Source of the DNA: a virus
IMG/VR virus record: IMGVR_UViG_3300033150_001583
Location: 75,585 to 139,584 of that record
Strand: one strand, 5' to 3'
DNA: 64,000 bases
The stretch's first letter is position 1. Each line of letters begins with the position of its first letter. A model generated the notes under the pieces. The model was not told where the DNA came from, searched no databases, and saw only the letters and a list, made by a program, of their open reading frames with translations. The position numbers were made by a program, and so were the translations under genes. Positions 43,386-54,974 of this stretch are shown here, piece by piece.

Positions 43386-44846
43386 TTAATTCTTCTCTTT
43401 TTTGGCTTCTAGATATGCAATAACATCTAACCCCAAAGGAGAAATACGTTTTAGATTAATAAAATCATCTTCTTTGACAAGACCGAGAGTATCTTCAATA
43501 AAAGCTATATCTTGTTCATCTTCAGGTATAATTCTAATTGAATTTCTAGTAATCTCCATTTTCATAGTAAAAATCCTCCTCATCATACAATTAATTATTC
43601 TCCCGCAAAAATTTTAAACTACACAACATACTCACAAGCATCATCTTGACCTTCTTTTATTTCATGACCCCATACCATACACTTACCATTTTTATTCTTC
43701 CTACAATCGCTGCACTTGACATCATAACCAAGGGCAAGTCTAGCTAATCCTTCTGTCAAAGGTCTCTCTTTTTCGTCTGTATACATAATAAGAGCATTTC
43801 CAGTCCTGCCACGATTCTTATACCAAGTTACAACAATATAGCCAAATTTAAAAGGTATTACTCCAATACTTCCTGCTCCCATATCATCACGATACATCAA
43901 TTCGTATTCTTCTGCCTTTTCCCTAAGAGCATTCATAGTAGCACAGTTCCAATTGTGCGGGTCAAACACCCCACTTTCAAAGGCACATTTAGGATCGTCA
44001 CCCTCCCAAGTTTTACCTCTTTCTTGACACAGCTTGCAGACCATCATATCACCCTCCTAAATTATTTTTTACAAAGTTTCATTTTAAATCAAATTCAGAA
44101 CAATAACCCTTACACTCAGACCCCAGTTCAATTTTTATTTCGGGGCAAAATAAAGGGCACTTATCTTAATCACCTCCTCAACATTTTTAAAGGATCACCC
44201 CAATCTTTCAAATTATTTTCTGCTATAAAGTTATTGTAAGTTTGTGGAAAATCTATATAAAAATTAATAATATCTGAAGCAATTTTATCTAATTCTTCTT
44301 CCCAATTCATAAAGGAATCTTTCATTTCTATTTGTTTAACTGTATAAAAATAACATTCAAATAATTCTCCTAGCCTGAATTTTAAAGGTATGTCATAATT
44401 CCATTTAGCATTAAATTTCAAGAAATTTCTATCCTCTTTTTCCCACTCTTCTTTTCTTTCTCTGATATATCGTTCTAAGTCTTCAATAGTATATATTTTA
44501 AGTTTTCTGCCTAATTCACTATAAATGTTATTATTAATTATCATTCTATCTTGAATATTTTCTATATTACAAAAATCAATAAACATACCTTCTTTGAAAT
44601 AAGCTAAATCATAATTATCTATTTCTCGATCTAATACAACTATAAAATCCTTTGGATATTCATAATATAAAGTTTTAATTGGAACTTCGTCACCTGAATG
44701 AAATGTTCTCAACAATCCTCCGCTATGCCAAACTTTGCCGTTAGAATATATCGGAAGATAAAAACACTTTACTTGCACGTCATTACCTCTTGATATTAGA
44801 TAATCAAACATACCCATATTTTTATCCTCCCAATTTTAAAAGAACT

Positions 44847-45359
44847 TTATCCTCTTATATCTTTGCAAAAACTATTGTAATATTTCCAAGCAAGTCTATT
44901 AGCTAGACATTTAAATAGAAAATCAAAATCAATTTGACAGTCTTTATTATATTTACATCTTTTAGTCACATACGGGTATTTATTAAATTTAGAATTTAAG
45001 TCCAGTTCTATAACACCCCAACCTTCTGGAATTTTATCACTATCTTTCAGTAACCCTTTTGGAACCATTAAGTAATTCATGTGACCCCATTGTTCGCGAT
45101 ATATTTCAGGTTTACTATTCCACTGAATGAATTTACCGCCATCTCTAAATTCTCTCAGATAATCATTTCTATCAGTCTTGACTTCTATTACATAAATTTT
45201 TTTATCTTTGAACCTTAATCCTAAAGCATCAACAATCCTACCGCTTTCCCCTATCATACTTTCAGGCACTGCTATATCACACTTAATCCTCATTTTTAAC
45301 CAGTAAACAGCATATTTTTGTAGTAGCTTATGATTATTAGAAGAAATATCAACCACCAT
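44847..45359 (-). CDS. MmcB-like PD-(D/E)xK nuclease
   Basis: VDALG...IEVKTDRNDY...YLMVP...PEGWGVI pattern. Confidence 0.7.
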   Translation of the reverse strand: MVVDISSNNHKLLQKYAVYWLKMRIKCDIAVPESMIGESGRIVDALGLRFKDKKIYVIEVKTDRNDYLREFRDGGKFIQWNSKPEIYREQWGHMNYLMVPKGLLKDSDKIPEGWGVIELDLNSKFNKYPYVTKRCKYNKDCQIDFDFLFKCLANRLAWKYYNSFCKDIRG

Positions 45360-45363
45360 CTTT

Positions 45364-46023
45364 CTATTGATTTGATTCGACTTTCACCATAACGAATTTA
45401 TTAGTAACCTCATGACTTGGGCCAAATATTAAAGACCTAGCACCACAATGTGGACAAATACCAGGATAATAACCATCACCCATTAAAGTTGGTAATTTGC
45501 CCATTTCGGACTCGCGCATTTCTTTCCCACATTTATAACAAATTCTGATTTTATCTTTTTTATATCTTGTAGGTCTATAATCATTTTTCTGTATTTGTAT
45601 CCTTAAATCGTTATCTAGAATATAATCAATTAGCCTTTCTATAACATTGTATTTTTTAAGACAATCAGTACACATATCACCGAAACCTACGACTCTTATA
45701 AAACCAGGGTTAAATTTAATTCCGTTATAATACTTAGGTTTGTTGAAATTTATTTCCCCTTTTCTATGGTACTTGGTATTTCTTGTATATCTATGCCAAT
45801 CACGTTTTTTATCACAATAACTACAACTCCTTATTTTCACATAACGCCAAGTTAATTCTCCCTCTTCCTCGGCCTCTCTTAATATTTCATTCATGACTGG
45901 CAATTCAAACCCATATGAACCTTCTTTTTTCGCTATATCAATAACTTTTTGGGCTTCTTCTGACACCTTGCCATCTAATAGTCTAAGCTCTTCTAATGTT
46001 AATTCTATTGAATATGTTTTCAT
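45364..46023 (-). CDS. Cys-rich hypothetical protein
   Basis: Four CxxC pairs. Confidence 0.65.
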   Translation of the reverse strand: MKTYSIELTLEELRLLDGKVSEEAQKVIDIAKKEGSYGFELPVMNEILREAEEEGELTWRYVKIRSCSYCDKKRDWHRYTRNTKYHRKGEINFNKPKYYNGIKFNPGFIRVVGFGDMCTDCLKKYNVIERLIDYILDNDLRIQIQKNDYRPTRYKKDKIRICYKCGKEMRESEMGKLPTLMGDGYYPGICPHCGARSLIFGPSHEVTNKFVMVKVESNQ

Positions 46024-46351
46024 TCATAAAACCCTCCAATTTATGGATTAATCCTATTTCCGCATTTTATTCTATTTAAATCAAAACACTTTTCAAGCAC
46101 AGCTATTTTTGTTTTATACTTGTTTTTATGTTTCTCAAGTAACTCAAGTATTTCATTGCTCCATTTGCTACTACCATAGACAAATTCATCTTTAGCCATT
46201 TTATCGATCATTTCTTCTGCTACGTTAACTTCTTTTTGGTATTCCTTTTTTAGTTCAATCGCTTCACTGACAGTCAAACCAGAATAATCGTTCAAATCCT
46301 TTGCATTGCGATGATATATGTGAAGTAGCAACCACTTCTTAATAAAATTCA

Positions 46352-47368
46352 TTAAGACCCCTCCTTGCTTTCAAATCCACCACACTCAATACATAAATCA
46401 ATTGTTTCAAAATAAATTACATGCCAACCAACAGTTATACCAGTAAAATCATCATAGCAAATATGAAAATTTTTGCCACCAAAAGTAATTACATCGTGCT
46501 TTTTACACTTCAAACAGTTATTTGATATTGAAGACATTACATTTTGATTTAGTAACCATAATCTACATATTCTATCGGGATTTCTTTCGTTAATTTTCTT
46601 AAGTTCCTCTATTAACTCTTCTTTAGTTTTGTTTATAATTATTCCTTTTTTAATTCCAATTGGAATTACAATTGCAGTATTGAAGTCTGGCTCGTATGTC
46701 TCTGTCCCCGAAATTTCTTTTAGCCATTGATCTAAAAAACATTGTAGCTCCTCTATTTTATCTTCAGGTATATTTTCATAAGCCTCATCATGCAGATCTT
46801 GGCTTTCAATTTCAGATTCAAGAATTTCTCTAGCATCAAGGTATAATGACCTCTTGATTGTAGAATAAATTCTTAAATTTTTATTTGGATTATCTCGAAG
46901 AATTTCTTCTACTTCTTCTTCAAGTTGTTCAATAGGGACAAAACTATCTGTATTATCAATATAAACCATCTCAATACCATTATATATAGCATCTTGTAAA
47001 GTTATTTTTTTAGCCTTTTTATATCTTTCAAGAATACACTTCAATTCTTTTTGCGCCCGAAATTTTTTTGCTCCTTCACAATCACAATGATCTTCTGGAT
47101 ATATATATCCCCTATCTCCAGGTTTACCACAAAACTTGCAAACTCTTCTTACTCCGTTATAACAATCTGGACAAAACCTTATACTCTGTTTCTTATAAGG
47201 AAAGAGATTATTTAAATCAGACCCTTCTTCTTTTAAGTAGTATGGGTTATTGTCTACTATTACACCTAGTCCTTTACAAGTCTCGCAAATTACTTCATTT
47301 TCCTGAAGATCTTTTTCTAATGTTCTAGGAAATATAGGAATAGTATCAATAATAACTTTCCTGGGCAA
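46352..47368 (-). CDS. Hypothetical protein with DnaJ-type CxxCxGxG repeats
   Basis: CETCKGLG and CPDCYNG. Confidence 0.65.
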   Translation of the reverse strand: MPRKVIIDTIPIFPRTLEKDLQENEVICETCKGLGVIVDNNPYYLKEEGSDLNNLFPYKKQSIRFCPDCYNGVRRVCKFCGKPGDRGYIYPEDHCDCEGAKKFRAQKELKCILERYKKAKKITLQDAIYNGIEMVYIDNTDSFVPIEQLEEEVEEILRDNPNKNLRIYSTIKRSLYLDAREILESEIESQDLHDEAYENIPEDKIEELQCFLDQWLKEISGTETYEPDFNTAIVIPIGIKKGIIINKTKEELIEELKKINERNPDRICRLWLLNQNVMSSISNNCLKCKKHDVITFGGKNFHICYDDFTGITVGWHVIYFETIDLCIECGGFESKEGS

Positions 47369-47370
47369 AA

Positions 47371-48015
47371 TTACTCCTCTCCTTTGTTCTGGTTTTTCAA
47401 ATTCTTCCCTAGTCTTCCAAATATCTTAGCTATAACAAAATCAACACTAGAACGTTCCCCATCAATCGCATAATACGGTATATCATTTTTTAATAACAAA
47501 GTTTCAATAGCATTGTCAATCTTTCTTGCTTCTTCTTCCGTTTGTATTCTTCCTTCTTGATTATATTGTTTTACTCTATCAACGAAAAAGTTTAGATTAT
47601 TAAATCTACTAAAAGTATCTAATACAACCTTATCAAAGCAATCGTTTATCCATTCAGGTTTATAAACTATAGAAAGTAACAAAGGACTATCAGTAATAAT
47701 TACATCTACTTTATCAATTAATCTATTAATTCTATGAAATTGTTTGCCAAAAACATAAAATTGATTTTCTAAGGCATTAAATCTTTCCTCCCAAGTTAAG
47801 TCTTTTGCAAATTCAGTAGCAAATTCACAATTGATATCACACCATTTCAACTCAGAAAATACACTGGCTGCTAGAGTAGTTTTTCCTGCTCCTGGCCCCG
47901 CAAAAAAATTTACTACCAGAGGTTTATTCACGAAATCCCTCCTCGACCTAGTATTTATATTGGGATCTCCAAAAATTTTTGGCCTTTTACCACCAGTTGT
48001 ACAGCGCATAGCCAT
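47371..48015 (-). CDS. P-loop nucleotide-kinase-like ATPase (AAA_28/NadR-like)
   Basis: GPGAGKTT, ITDSPLL and GRIQTEEEA motifs. Confidence 0.8.
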   Translation of the reverse strand: MAMRCTTGGKRPKIFGDPNINTRSRRDFVNKPLVVNFFAGPGAGKTTLAASVFSELKWCDINCEFATEFAKDLTWEERFNALENQFYVFGKQFHRINRLIDKVDVIITDSPLLLSIVYKPEWINDCFDKVVLDTFSRFNNLNFFVDRVKQYNQEGRIQTEEEARKIDNAIETLLLKNDIPYYAIDGERSSVDFVIAKIFGRLGKNLKNQNKGEE

Positions 48016-48412
48016 TTTCGGCGGCTATCCTGAACCACCTAGCCAACGCTTCCGCTTCTTCCCGACCTGTGAGACCAAACTCTTTAAAACCTTCGTCCGA
48101 ATATCGCTGCACAGCCACTTCTAGTGCTAAAGCCATCTCACGTACACGCGCGGGCGGGATATATTCTTGATATAGTGAAACGCCTGTTACCTCTGAAATG
48201 TAGTCATTATACACCTTCCCGCGAAAACTGGAGCTACCAGAGCCACCACTAAATATTCCACCACAGAGTTCAATACCAGCAAAAGGCCAATCAGGTGCAG
48301 GAGTATATTCCTCCGTACCAACCCGTTGCGGCAACACGGCAAAAGTGTCTAAACCCATACAATACACCTCCTTCAAAAATTCGTTGTCATATTGGTACTG
48401 AGGTTTACGCCT

Positions 48413-49087
48413 TTAATCTGGATTCCCATCGTCTTCATCGTCAGTAATGTAGGCGGTGGGTTTGGGGTTTAGAGCTTGACTTATAATGTCAAGTGCATTT
48501 AGTTTGCATTTTGCATTTAAACTTCCGTGTTCTGTGTTAATCATGCCAATTTCTTGTCTTACATTTTTCAGTGTCTCGCGCAGTTTGGCGTTTTCAGCTT
48601 GGAGTTGGTTTATTTTCTTAAAGGCACCATCCATATCTTTTTTGTACAACTCTCTATATACTTCAAGCTCGGTCTCTGCTTCCAATGCCCGTTTTATTGC
48701 ATGTGGCCACCCTTCACGGGCTTCGGCAATAAACTTTGCATCTTCAGGAGTTGAACATACTCCACCTTCATCATAATCGTAATTACCAATAATTTTTTCA
48801 TAGGTAGCTGCGCTAGCAATAATATGCCAGTTGTAGTTATAAATCTTGTGGATATGGTAACTTTCACCTTTTTCATTTTTGTATGTTTTTACAAGTTCTG
48901 CATCCTTGTTTGCACAAAAAGTACACTGCCCCTTTTTTATTTCCTTTGGTGGATTCCAGTTAGGATGTGTACCATCATTAACACCAGCATGAAAATAATA
49001 CACACCTACCTCCCATGGCCCTGGAGTTGCCGCTTCACATATTTCTAAATCCTTTTGTAAGTCTCTTTTATCTTGCACTTTGTTCAC
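48413..49087 (-). CDS. Ead/Ea22-like protein
   Basis: CEAATPGPW...DAKFIAEAR plus coiled coil. Confidence 0.65.
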   Translation of the reverse strand: MNKVQDKRDLQKDLEICEAATPGPWEVGVYYFHAGVNDGTHPNWNPPKEIKKGQCTFCANKDAELVKTYKNEKGESYHIHKIYNYNWHIIASAATYEKIIGNYDYDEGGVCSTPEDAKFIAEAREGWPHAIKRALEAETELEVYRELYKKDMDGAFKKINQLQAENAKLRETLKNVRQEIGMINTEHGSLNAKCKLNALDIISQALNPKPTAYITDDEDDGNPD

Positions 49088-49514
49088 CTCTTTTGATTTC
49101 TCTTTCTTTCTGTATGTTTTTTAACAACCTCAAAAAATAACTAACTTGCTTTTTCCATATATCGTCTTTTAACCATAAACAATAACGTAATCTACCACAT
49201 TCAGGCATTAGTTGTATAGAAACCCCTCCACCTCTTATTGGATCAAATTTTTCATCCATGGGCCTTAATAACTTATCAATCACATCTTTCTCACTAAGTT
49301 TACTCCTAAAATCAAAATGAGCATTATATCCTCCCTCATAGTGTCCCGTGCAACATTGAGTAGTTACTATAAAATCATAATGATTTATGCTGTTAATATA
49401 AGGAATAAATTCTTCATCTATCCTGTTATCTTGTAATTCCTTTTTTAGTTTTATTAATCTATAAGTTCTTTCTTCTTCAGTTAAAATGTTGCCTTTGAAA
49501 CTTTCAATATTCAT
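49068..49514 (-). CDS. Hypothetical protein with TYW3-like N-terminal motif
   Basis: ID....P....IN......TTQCCTGH. Confidence 0.45.
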   Translation of the reverse strand: MNIESFKGNILTEEERTYRLIKLKKELQDNRIDEEFIPYINSINHYDFIVTTQCCTGHYEGGYNAHFDFRSKLSEKDVIDKLLRPMDEKFDPIRGGGVSIQLMPECGRLRYCLWLKDDIWKKQVSYFLRLLKNIQKEREIKRGEQSAR

Positions 49515-49825
49515 ACTGATTCCTCCGTGTTCAATTAAAAATCTTTCATAACATATTTTTCATCTATATATACTGCCATGCCTTTGTGTCCTTCAAGTGG
49601 TTTAACTTTGCTCTTATCGAACTTTAACCTTAATATAATTCTTCTTCCTGTCTGTTTTGAAAAACACTCTGCTTCTTTTATTGTTAGCCATGCTCTAACG
49701 GGAGGTTTAATATATCCACTTTTAATATATTTGTTTAATTTTTTATAAGAAGTTACATGACAAACTACCATTATTAGCCTCACTACTCTATGACTTTTTT
49801 TACTACCTAACTAATTGATTATCTC

Positions 49826-50512
49826 CTAAACTTGCCAAGTCTTACAACAAGGCAACTCTAAACAAGTCAACTTTCCTCCACGTTTTTCAAAAACTGCTCC
49901 TGTATCTATACAAATCTTATTTTGACCAAACCAAGGCTCAGGTTTCTCATGTCCTTTAATTAAGAAAGTAGGAGTATGACCAAATACAATTGTCTTTCTA
50001 TTATAAGGTCTCTGAATCCATTCGTCTCTTACCCACATTAAGTCATATTCTTTCGCCTCATCGGGATGATTAGCATATTCAGGTAAACCAGCATGAATAA
50101 ATATATAATCTTCTATTTCATAACCAATAGGCAAATTCTTAAAAAATTCGATATGTTCTCTAGGTATTTTATCTTTTAGTTCTTTTTTATAATCGACAGC
50201 GAAGATGTTACCCTCGTAGCTTTTTATTGTCTTATGTCCCCCATTATACAACCACGTTTGATACCACTCATAACTATTGAAAGATTTTAGCAACATATCT
50301 TCATGATTGCCACAAATTGCTTTAGCTCCATTATTAACTAACTCTATAACTAAATCGACAACTTTTTTAGAATCAGGGCCACGATCAATATAGTCTCCTA
50401 GTAAGAACAATTCATCATTCTTGGGATTGTATTTTATTATTTCTAGTAGCTTTACAAGCTTATTATACATTCCATGAATATCACCAATGGCTAGTATTCT
50501 CTTATTTTTCAT
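49826..50512 (-). CDS. PPP-family Ser/Thr metallophosphoesterase
   Basis: GDIHG, GDYIDRG, GNHE, HAG and GHTP motifs. Confidence 0.93.
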   Translation of the reverse strand: MKNKRILAIGDIHGMYNKLVKLLEIIKYNPKNDELFLLGDYIDRGPDSKKVVDLVIELVNNGAKAICGNHEDMLLKSFNSYEWYQTWLYNGGHKTIKSYEGNIFAVDYKKELKDKIPREHIEFFKNLPIGYEIEDYIFIHAGLPEYANHPDEAKEYDLMWVRDEWIQRPYNRKTIVFGHTPTFLIKGHEKPEPWFGQNKICIDTGAVFEKRGGKLTCLELPCCKTWQV

Positions 50513-50544
50513 CTTAACCCCCGCAATTTTTTCTTTTGGAAAAG

Positions 50545-50573
50545 ATTATATCATTTTTTTATCTGTATTTCAA
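50545..50573 (-). promoter_or_regulatory. SigA-type promoter
   Basis: TTGAAA-17bp-TATAAT with TG extension. Confidence 0.65.
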
Positions 50574-50591
50574 GTGTAATACAACATCTTT

Positions 50592-51529
50592 TTAAAAAAA
50601 TAATTCCTTGTATATTTCCTCTAACACGTTTACTACAATACTGTTGCCTGCCATCTTGTATAGCTGAGTATTCGATTTATCTCTTCCTTTATAGAAAGTT
50701 TCATTTAATTTCTTTTTAGTTTTATAAAAATCCTCATCATCAAATCCCATTAAACGCCAACACTCTAATGATGTAAGTTTTCTGATTTGATAACCGTTTA
50801 TTACTTTTTCTACTTTTTCTTTATCCTTAGTACAAACTGAAGGAATATGACCTCCTCCAGCAGGTGTTCTTATTGTTGGTGAGTAATCATAAAATACCCT
50901 TGGTTTCTTTTCTTTAAACCCTCCATATATATTGTGTAAGATTGGTAACTCCATATCTTTTTCCAACAAATCCTTTAGTTTTTTAGTTAACTTTTTTTTT
51001 GAGGAAATTTAAAATTCTTTTTAATACCTTTTCTTATACTAACTACAAAAACCCTCTCTCTATTTTGGGGTATTCCATAGTCCAATGCATTTAGTACTTT
51101 CCAATAATTTTTATAACCAGCTCTTTCTAACTCATACAATATTGTCTCAAATTCTTTCTTGAAGTTTTTTTGAACTAACCCTTTTACATTTTCCATAATC
51201 GCATATTTAGGTTTCTTTTCTTGAATAATTCTCAGTGCATCAAAAAACAAAATCCCTCTTTTGTCTTCAAACCCTAATCTTTTTCCTGCTACACTAAAAC
51301 TTTGACAAGGTGGTGAATAAGTAACCAAATCAAAATCAGGAATTCTTCTTTCATCTACTTTTGTTATATCTCCTAAGTTCTTGTTTTCTGGTATATCATG
51401 TATAGCTGAATAAGCACAACTCGCATACTTATCTATTTCACAGTAATTTACCAATCTATAATCAATACCTACTCTAGATAAAGCTTTTTCCCAAGAACCA
51501 ATACCACTAAATAAAGATAAGACCTTCAA
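50592..51529 (-). pseudogene. C5-cytosine DNA methyltransferase split by a frameshift at an A9 tract
   Basis: Motifs I-VIII (LFSGIG, PPCQ, ENV, QNRERVF) in 50987..51529 and IX-X (RKLT..EC.RLMGF, AGNSIVV) in 50592..50969; one extra A at 50992-51000 fuses them. Confidence 0.85.
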
Positions 51530-51584
51530 GATTAATTTTCTTCCCTCCTATTCTAAGTCTATTCCAAGTTAAAAGCAAAAAAAA

Positions 51585-52922
51585 TTACATTATACCCAGA
51601 ACTAAATCTTTTAATTTATCTTTTTGATTTAGCTCTGGATTTTCTAATACCTTTTCAAGCAAATAGTTTAAGATCTTTCCCATTCGTGGCCCTGGTTCTA
51701 CCCCTAGTTCTATCAGGTCATATCCGTTTATATCTAAATCCTTAACTGTTAATGGTTCTTTATTGTTTAGGACTTCTTCAACTTCTTCTCTTAGTTTATT
51801 TATTCTAGTAAAGTCATGAGGAGGGGCAGAACCTTTAATGTCGGCTATTTGTAAATCAAATAAGTCTTTTAGATTTTCAACTCCGACTCTAGTAATAAAT
51901 TTTTTAATGGTTTTTGTTCTTAAAAATTCGAACCTACTCATGTGCTCCCTGACAAGTATCTTTACTGTATCTATTGTTTTATTGTCAAATTTTAACCGCC
52001 GCAAAATTTTTTCAGTTATTTCAACTCCTTCTATGTGATGACTGTAGAAGTGTCCTTTTCCTTCTTCATCTATAGTAAAAGTAACTGGTTTCCCTATATC
52101 ATGTAAGAGTGCTGCGAGTCTTACATTCAATCTAGCAGGAGTTTTATCTAACACAACTAAAGTATGTCTATAAACATCTTTATCATGATTAGGATTCCGC
52201 TGATCAAAATCTACACACTGATATAATTCAGGTAGTATTATTTCTAAAAGTCCTGTTTTCCTCATTAGTTCAATACCGTAGCTGGGTTTATCACTCAATA
52301 ATATCCTGCATAGTTCGTCTCTTATTCTTTCCGCCGAAATTTTTTTGATTAGATAGGCGTTATTCTGCATGGCTTTAAATGTATTTTCCTCAATAGAAAA
52401 CCCTAAACAACAAGCAAATCTTATAGCTCTTAATATTCTCAAACCATCTTCTTTAAATCTATCACTGGGATTACCAACAGCCTTGATAATTTTATTTTTA
52501 AGATCTTCCATTCCGCCAAAAAAATCATATATTTCTCCACTAGTATTCATTGCTAAAGAATTGATTGTAAAGTCTCTTCTAGAAACGTCCTCTTTTAAAT
52601 CAGTAGTGAAAAAAACACGGTCTGGTCTTCTGCCGTCACTATAGTCACTATCACACCGTAATGTAGTCACTTCAACCTTCTGGTTTTCTATAATAACAGT
52701 AACAGTTCCAAATTTTTCGCCCGTAAAAACAACTTTATCAAAGATTTTTGCTACCTCATCAGGTGTAGCTGTAGTAGCTACATCATAATCTTTCGGTAGC
52801 TTGCCTAAAAGACAGTCTCTTACTGAACCACCGACAAGATAAGCTTGATATCCATTATTCATTAGGTTTAACATTACAAATATCACATGTCTAGGTATCC
52901 TCATAACAATTTTCCTTTCCAA
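51585..52922 (-). CDS. cca: CCA-adding tRNA nucleotidyltransferase with HD domain
   Basis: VGGSVRD, DYDV, RRDFTINS, EDGLRILR, ERIRDE and LLHDIGK motifs. Confidence 0.93.
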   Translation of the reverse strand: MERKIVMRIPRHVIFVMLNLMNNGYQAYLVGGSVRDCLLGKLPKDYDVATTATPDEVAKIFDKVVFTGEKFGTVTVIIENQKVEVTTLRCDSDYSDGRRPDRVFFTTDLKEDVSRRDFTINSLAMNTSGEIYDFFGGMEDLKNKIIKAVGNPSDRFKEDGLRILRAIRFACCLGFSIEENTFKAMQNNAYLIKKISAERIRDELCRILLSDKPSYGIELMRKTGLLEIILPELYQCVDFDQRNPNHDKDVYRHTLVVLDKTPARLNVRLAALLHDIGKPVTFTIDEEGKGHFYSHHIEGVEITEKILRRLKFDNKTIDTVKILVREHMSRFEFLRTKTIKKFITRVGVENLKDLFDLQIADIKGSAPPHDFTRINKLREEVEEVLNNKEPLTVKDLDINGYDLIELGVEPGPRMGKILNYLLEKVLENPELNQKDKLKDLVLGIM

Positions 52923-53164
52923 TTTAACTCAAGCATGTATTGATTGTATAAGTATCCTGTACCTAGCATAAAAAATAATATAGAGATAAAAGGCGGTAAG
53001 AAATATAACTCACCTATTGAAAACGCCATAATCATAAGTATTATTTTAAAACCTTTTTTTGGTTCCATTACTTCGAATCCAACCATTAGTACTATCCAAT
53101 ACACCATATGAACTTGCATCAGTAGTATAATTAGAAATATTATTTCATATGGGCTATATGTCAT
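52901..53164 (-). CDS. Small membrane protein
   Basis: Three hydrophobic segments. Confidence 0.55.
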   Translation of the reverse strand: MTYSPYEIIFLIILLMQVHMVYWIVLMVGFEVMEPKKGFKIILMIMAFSIGELYFLPPFISILFFMLGTGYLYNQYMLELNWKGKLL

Positions 53165-53176
53165 AAGAATTCCCCA

Positions 53177-53914
53177 CTACTTACAATTCCCCTTCCAGTT
53201 TAAAGATCTTTCGTGGACATCTATTAGCCATTCATTGATTAGTTTGTAATTTGGTTTTGCAGGTAGTTCGGTTCGGACATAAGCTTCGTCTAATAATTTT
53301 TGCAAACGTTTTGCTTCTTCTTGGATTTTCTCTAGGCTATATTCTCCTCTTCTAATTCTAAGCAATTCTTTGCTATCATGCCTCAATACATGAACTTCTC
53401 CTTCAATAAGAATCTCAATACCCATTCTCAATAGTCTAATTAAGTGCATTGCATTTTTAGTTGAAAAACCATACTTTCTTATATCATCAAGGCGTTTTCC
53501 TTTTGCATTTTTCCCTATATGTGTTAGTCGTTTAAGTTGAGAATAGGCATACCCACCATATGTTTTGTAAACTTTCTTACTTAAAAATTCATATCTCAAA
53601 TCCCTTAATTCTTTTCCAAATTCATTTATAAAAACTATATGATTAGGTTCAACAAAAAGCACATCTAAAATGTTAGGGTTATTATCAAGAGCAAGCTTGA
53701 CAAACTTTTTTAGTGAATAAATAACCTCGTCTCTATCATTAAATTCCTTTTGTTCAAAATTATCCAGTCCCAGTAAAAAATTTTTCGGCGGGATACAAAT
53801 CCCTCTGAAATCTTCATCACTTTCGGGAGTATTAGTTCCATAACTATAACTTCCCGCATAACATTTTAAAATCAACCTAGTTTCCCAAAATTCGTTTCTC
53901 ATTTTTTCTATCAA
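53177..53914 (-). CDS. Pol-beta superfamily nucleotidyltransferase (YcgL-like)
   Basis: GSYSYGTNTPESDEDFRG, NPNILD and KNAMHLIRL motifs. Confidence 0.88.
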   Translation of the reverse strand: MIEKMRNEFWETRLILKCYAGSYSYGTNTPESDEDFRGICIPPKNFLLGLDNFEQKEFNDRDEVIYSLKKFVKLALDNNPNILDVLFVEPNHIVFINEFGKELRDLRYEFLSKKVYKTYGGYAYSQLKRLTHIGKNAKGKRLDDIRKYGFSTKNAMHLIRLLRMGIEILIEGEVHVLRHDSKELLRIRRGEYSLEKIQEEAKRLQKLLDEAYVRTELPAKPNYKLINEWLIDVHERSLNWKGNCK

Positions 53915-54108
53915 ACCCCTTTAATTCAAAAATCCACCGCCAAGTCCCTTGATAAATAAAGATTGCTCTATCTCGTAAATTGCTTCTATATACCCTCTTT
54001 CAAAGGCATATTGAAATAAAGCTTTTTCCTCCCGTGTTAAATTTCTTCCCAATAGAATTTCTAATTTTCTTAGTTCTTCTTGAAGTTTGTTTTTCACAAG
54101 AAATCCTC

Positions 54109-54285
54109 CTAAACATCTTCCCATAATTTATCATAATTGGCTTGTTGTTTCTTTTCCCACTGTTTATGGCAAATTGCATAACGCTGTTCACGATCAGGAT
54201 ATTCTTCTACCATTACATCATCATCCATACAGCGTTTAATAAATTCATCTTTGTCTTCGTCATCTCTGGGTTTAGGTATTGGCAT
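54109..54285 (-). CDS. Small conserved phage protein
   Basis: MPIPKP...E....FI.RCM...QRYAIC..QW pattern. Confidence 0.65.
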   Translation of the reverse strand: MPIPKPRDDEDKDEFIKRCMDDDVMVEEYPDREQRYAICHKQWEKKQQANYDKLWEDV

Positions 54286-54287
54286 TA

Positions 54288-54782
54288 TTATCCCTCCTTT
54301 TCTTCTGCCCATATTTCTTCAAGAGTATATGTTTTTTCCTCACCACTTTCAATTCTTTCAATTTCTCTTTCTATTTCTTTTATTCTTTTTTGTATTTCAT
54401 CCTGACTAAAACCACACCAAGTCATTTCCCATAAGCAATGCGCTACTATATCTTCTTTGGTAAAATCACTTGGTATATTTTTACTATCAATATAAAAACC
54501 TAACCATTCTTCCCAAGGAGTATATTCAAGTCCATATAGTTGTTCCTCGTTTGCTGGTTTTCCGCTAACATCATAATAAAAACCATCTTCATCTATAATT
54601 TTTCTAATTACTATATACCATTTTTTTTCTCTAAATTTAGGTTTTAAATCAAGCAATTCTTCAAAAACTTCTCTATACCCACCAGCTTCTACATTATTTT
54701 TTTCATCAGGATAAAATTTTAATATTACCTTTTCTACATTTTCATATTTTACTTGCTGAAGAAGCTCTTTGAAAGTAACCAT
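54288..54782 (-). CDS. DUF6557-like protein
   Basis: YGLEYTPWEEWLG and AHCLWEMTWCGF motifs. Confidence 0.65.
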   Translation of the reverse strand: MVTFKELLQQVKYENVEKVILKFYPDEKNNVEAGGYREVFEELLDLKPKFREKKWYIVIRKIIDEDGFYYDVSGKPANEEQLYGLEYTPWEEWLGFYIDSKNIPSDFTKEDIVAHCLWEMTWCGFSQDEIQKRIKEIEREIERIESGEEKTYTLEEIWAEEKEG

Positions 54783-54974
54783 TTTGACTCTCTCCTTCTT
54801 ATAACGTTTTTACTCTTTATTTCCTAATTCCTAATCAAACAACCTCAGCAACTCTATTATTTTTCTTTGCCGTTCCCACCCAACATAGTTTCCTTAAAAA
54901 CCCATTTCGAAATCTAGTATTCTCAAGGATTATAAATCCTCAAAACAACAAAAAATGTCGTCAATCTATATCAG

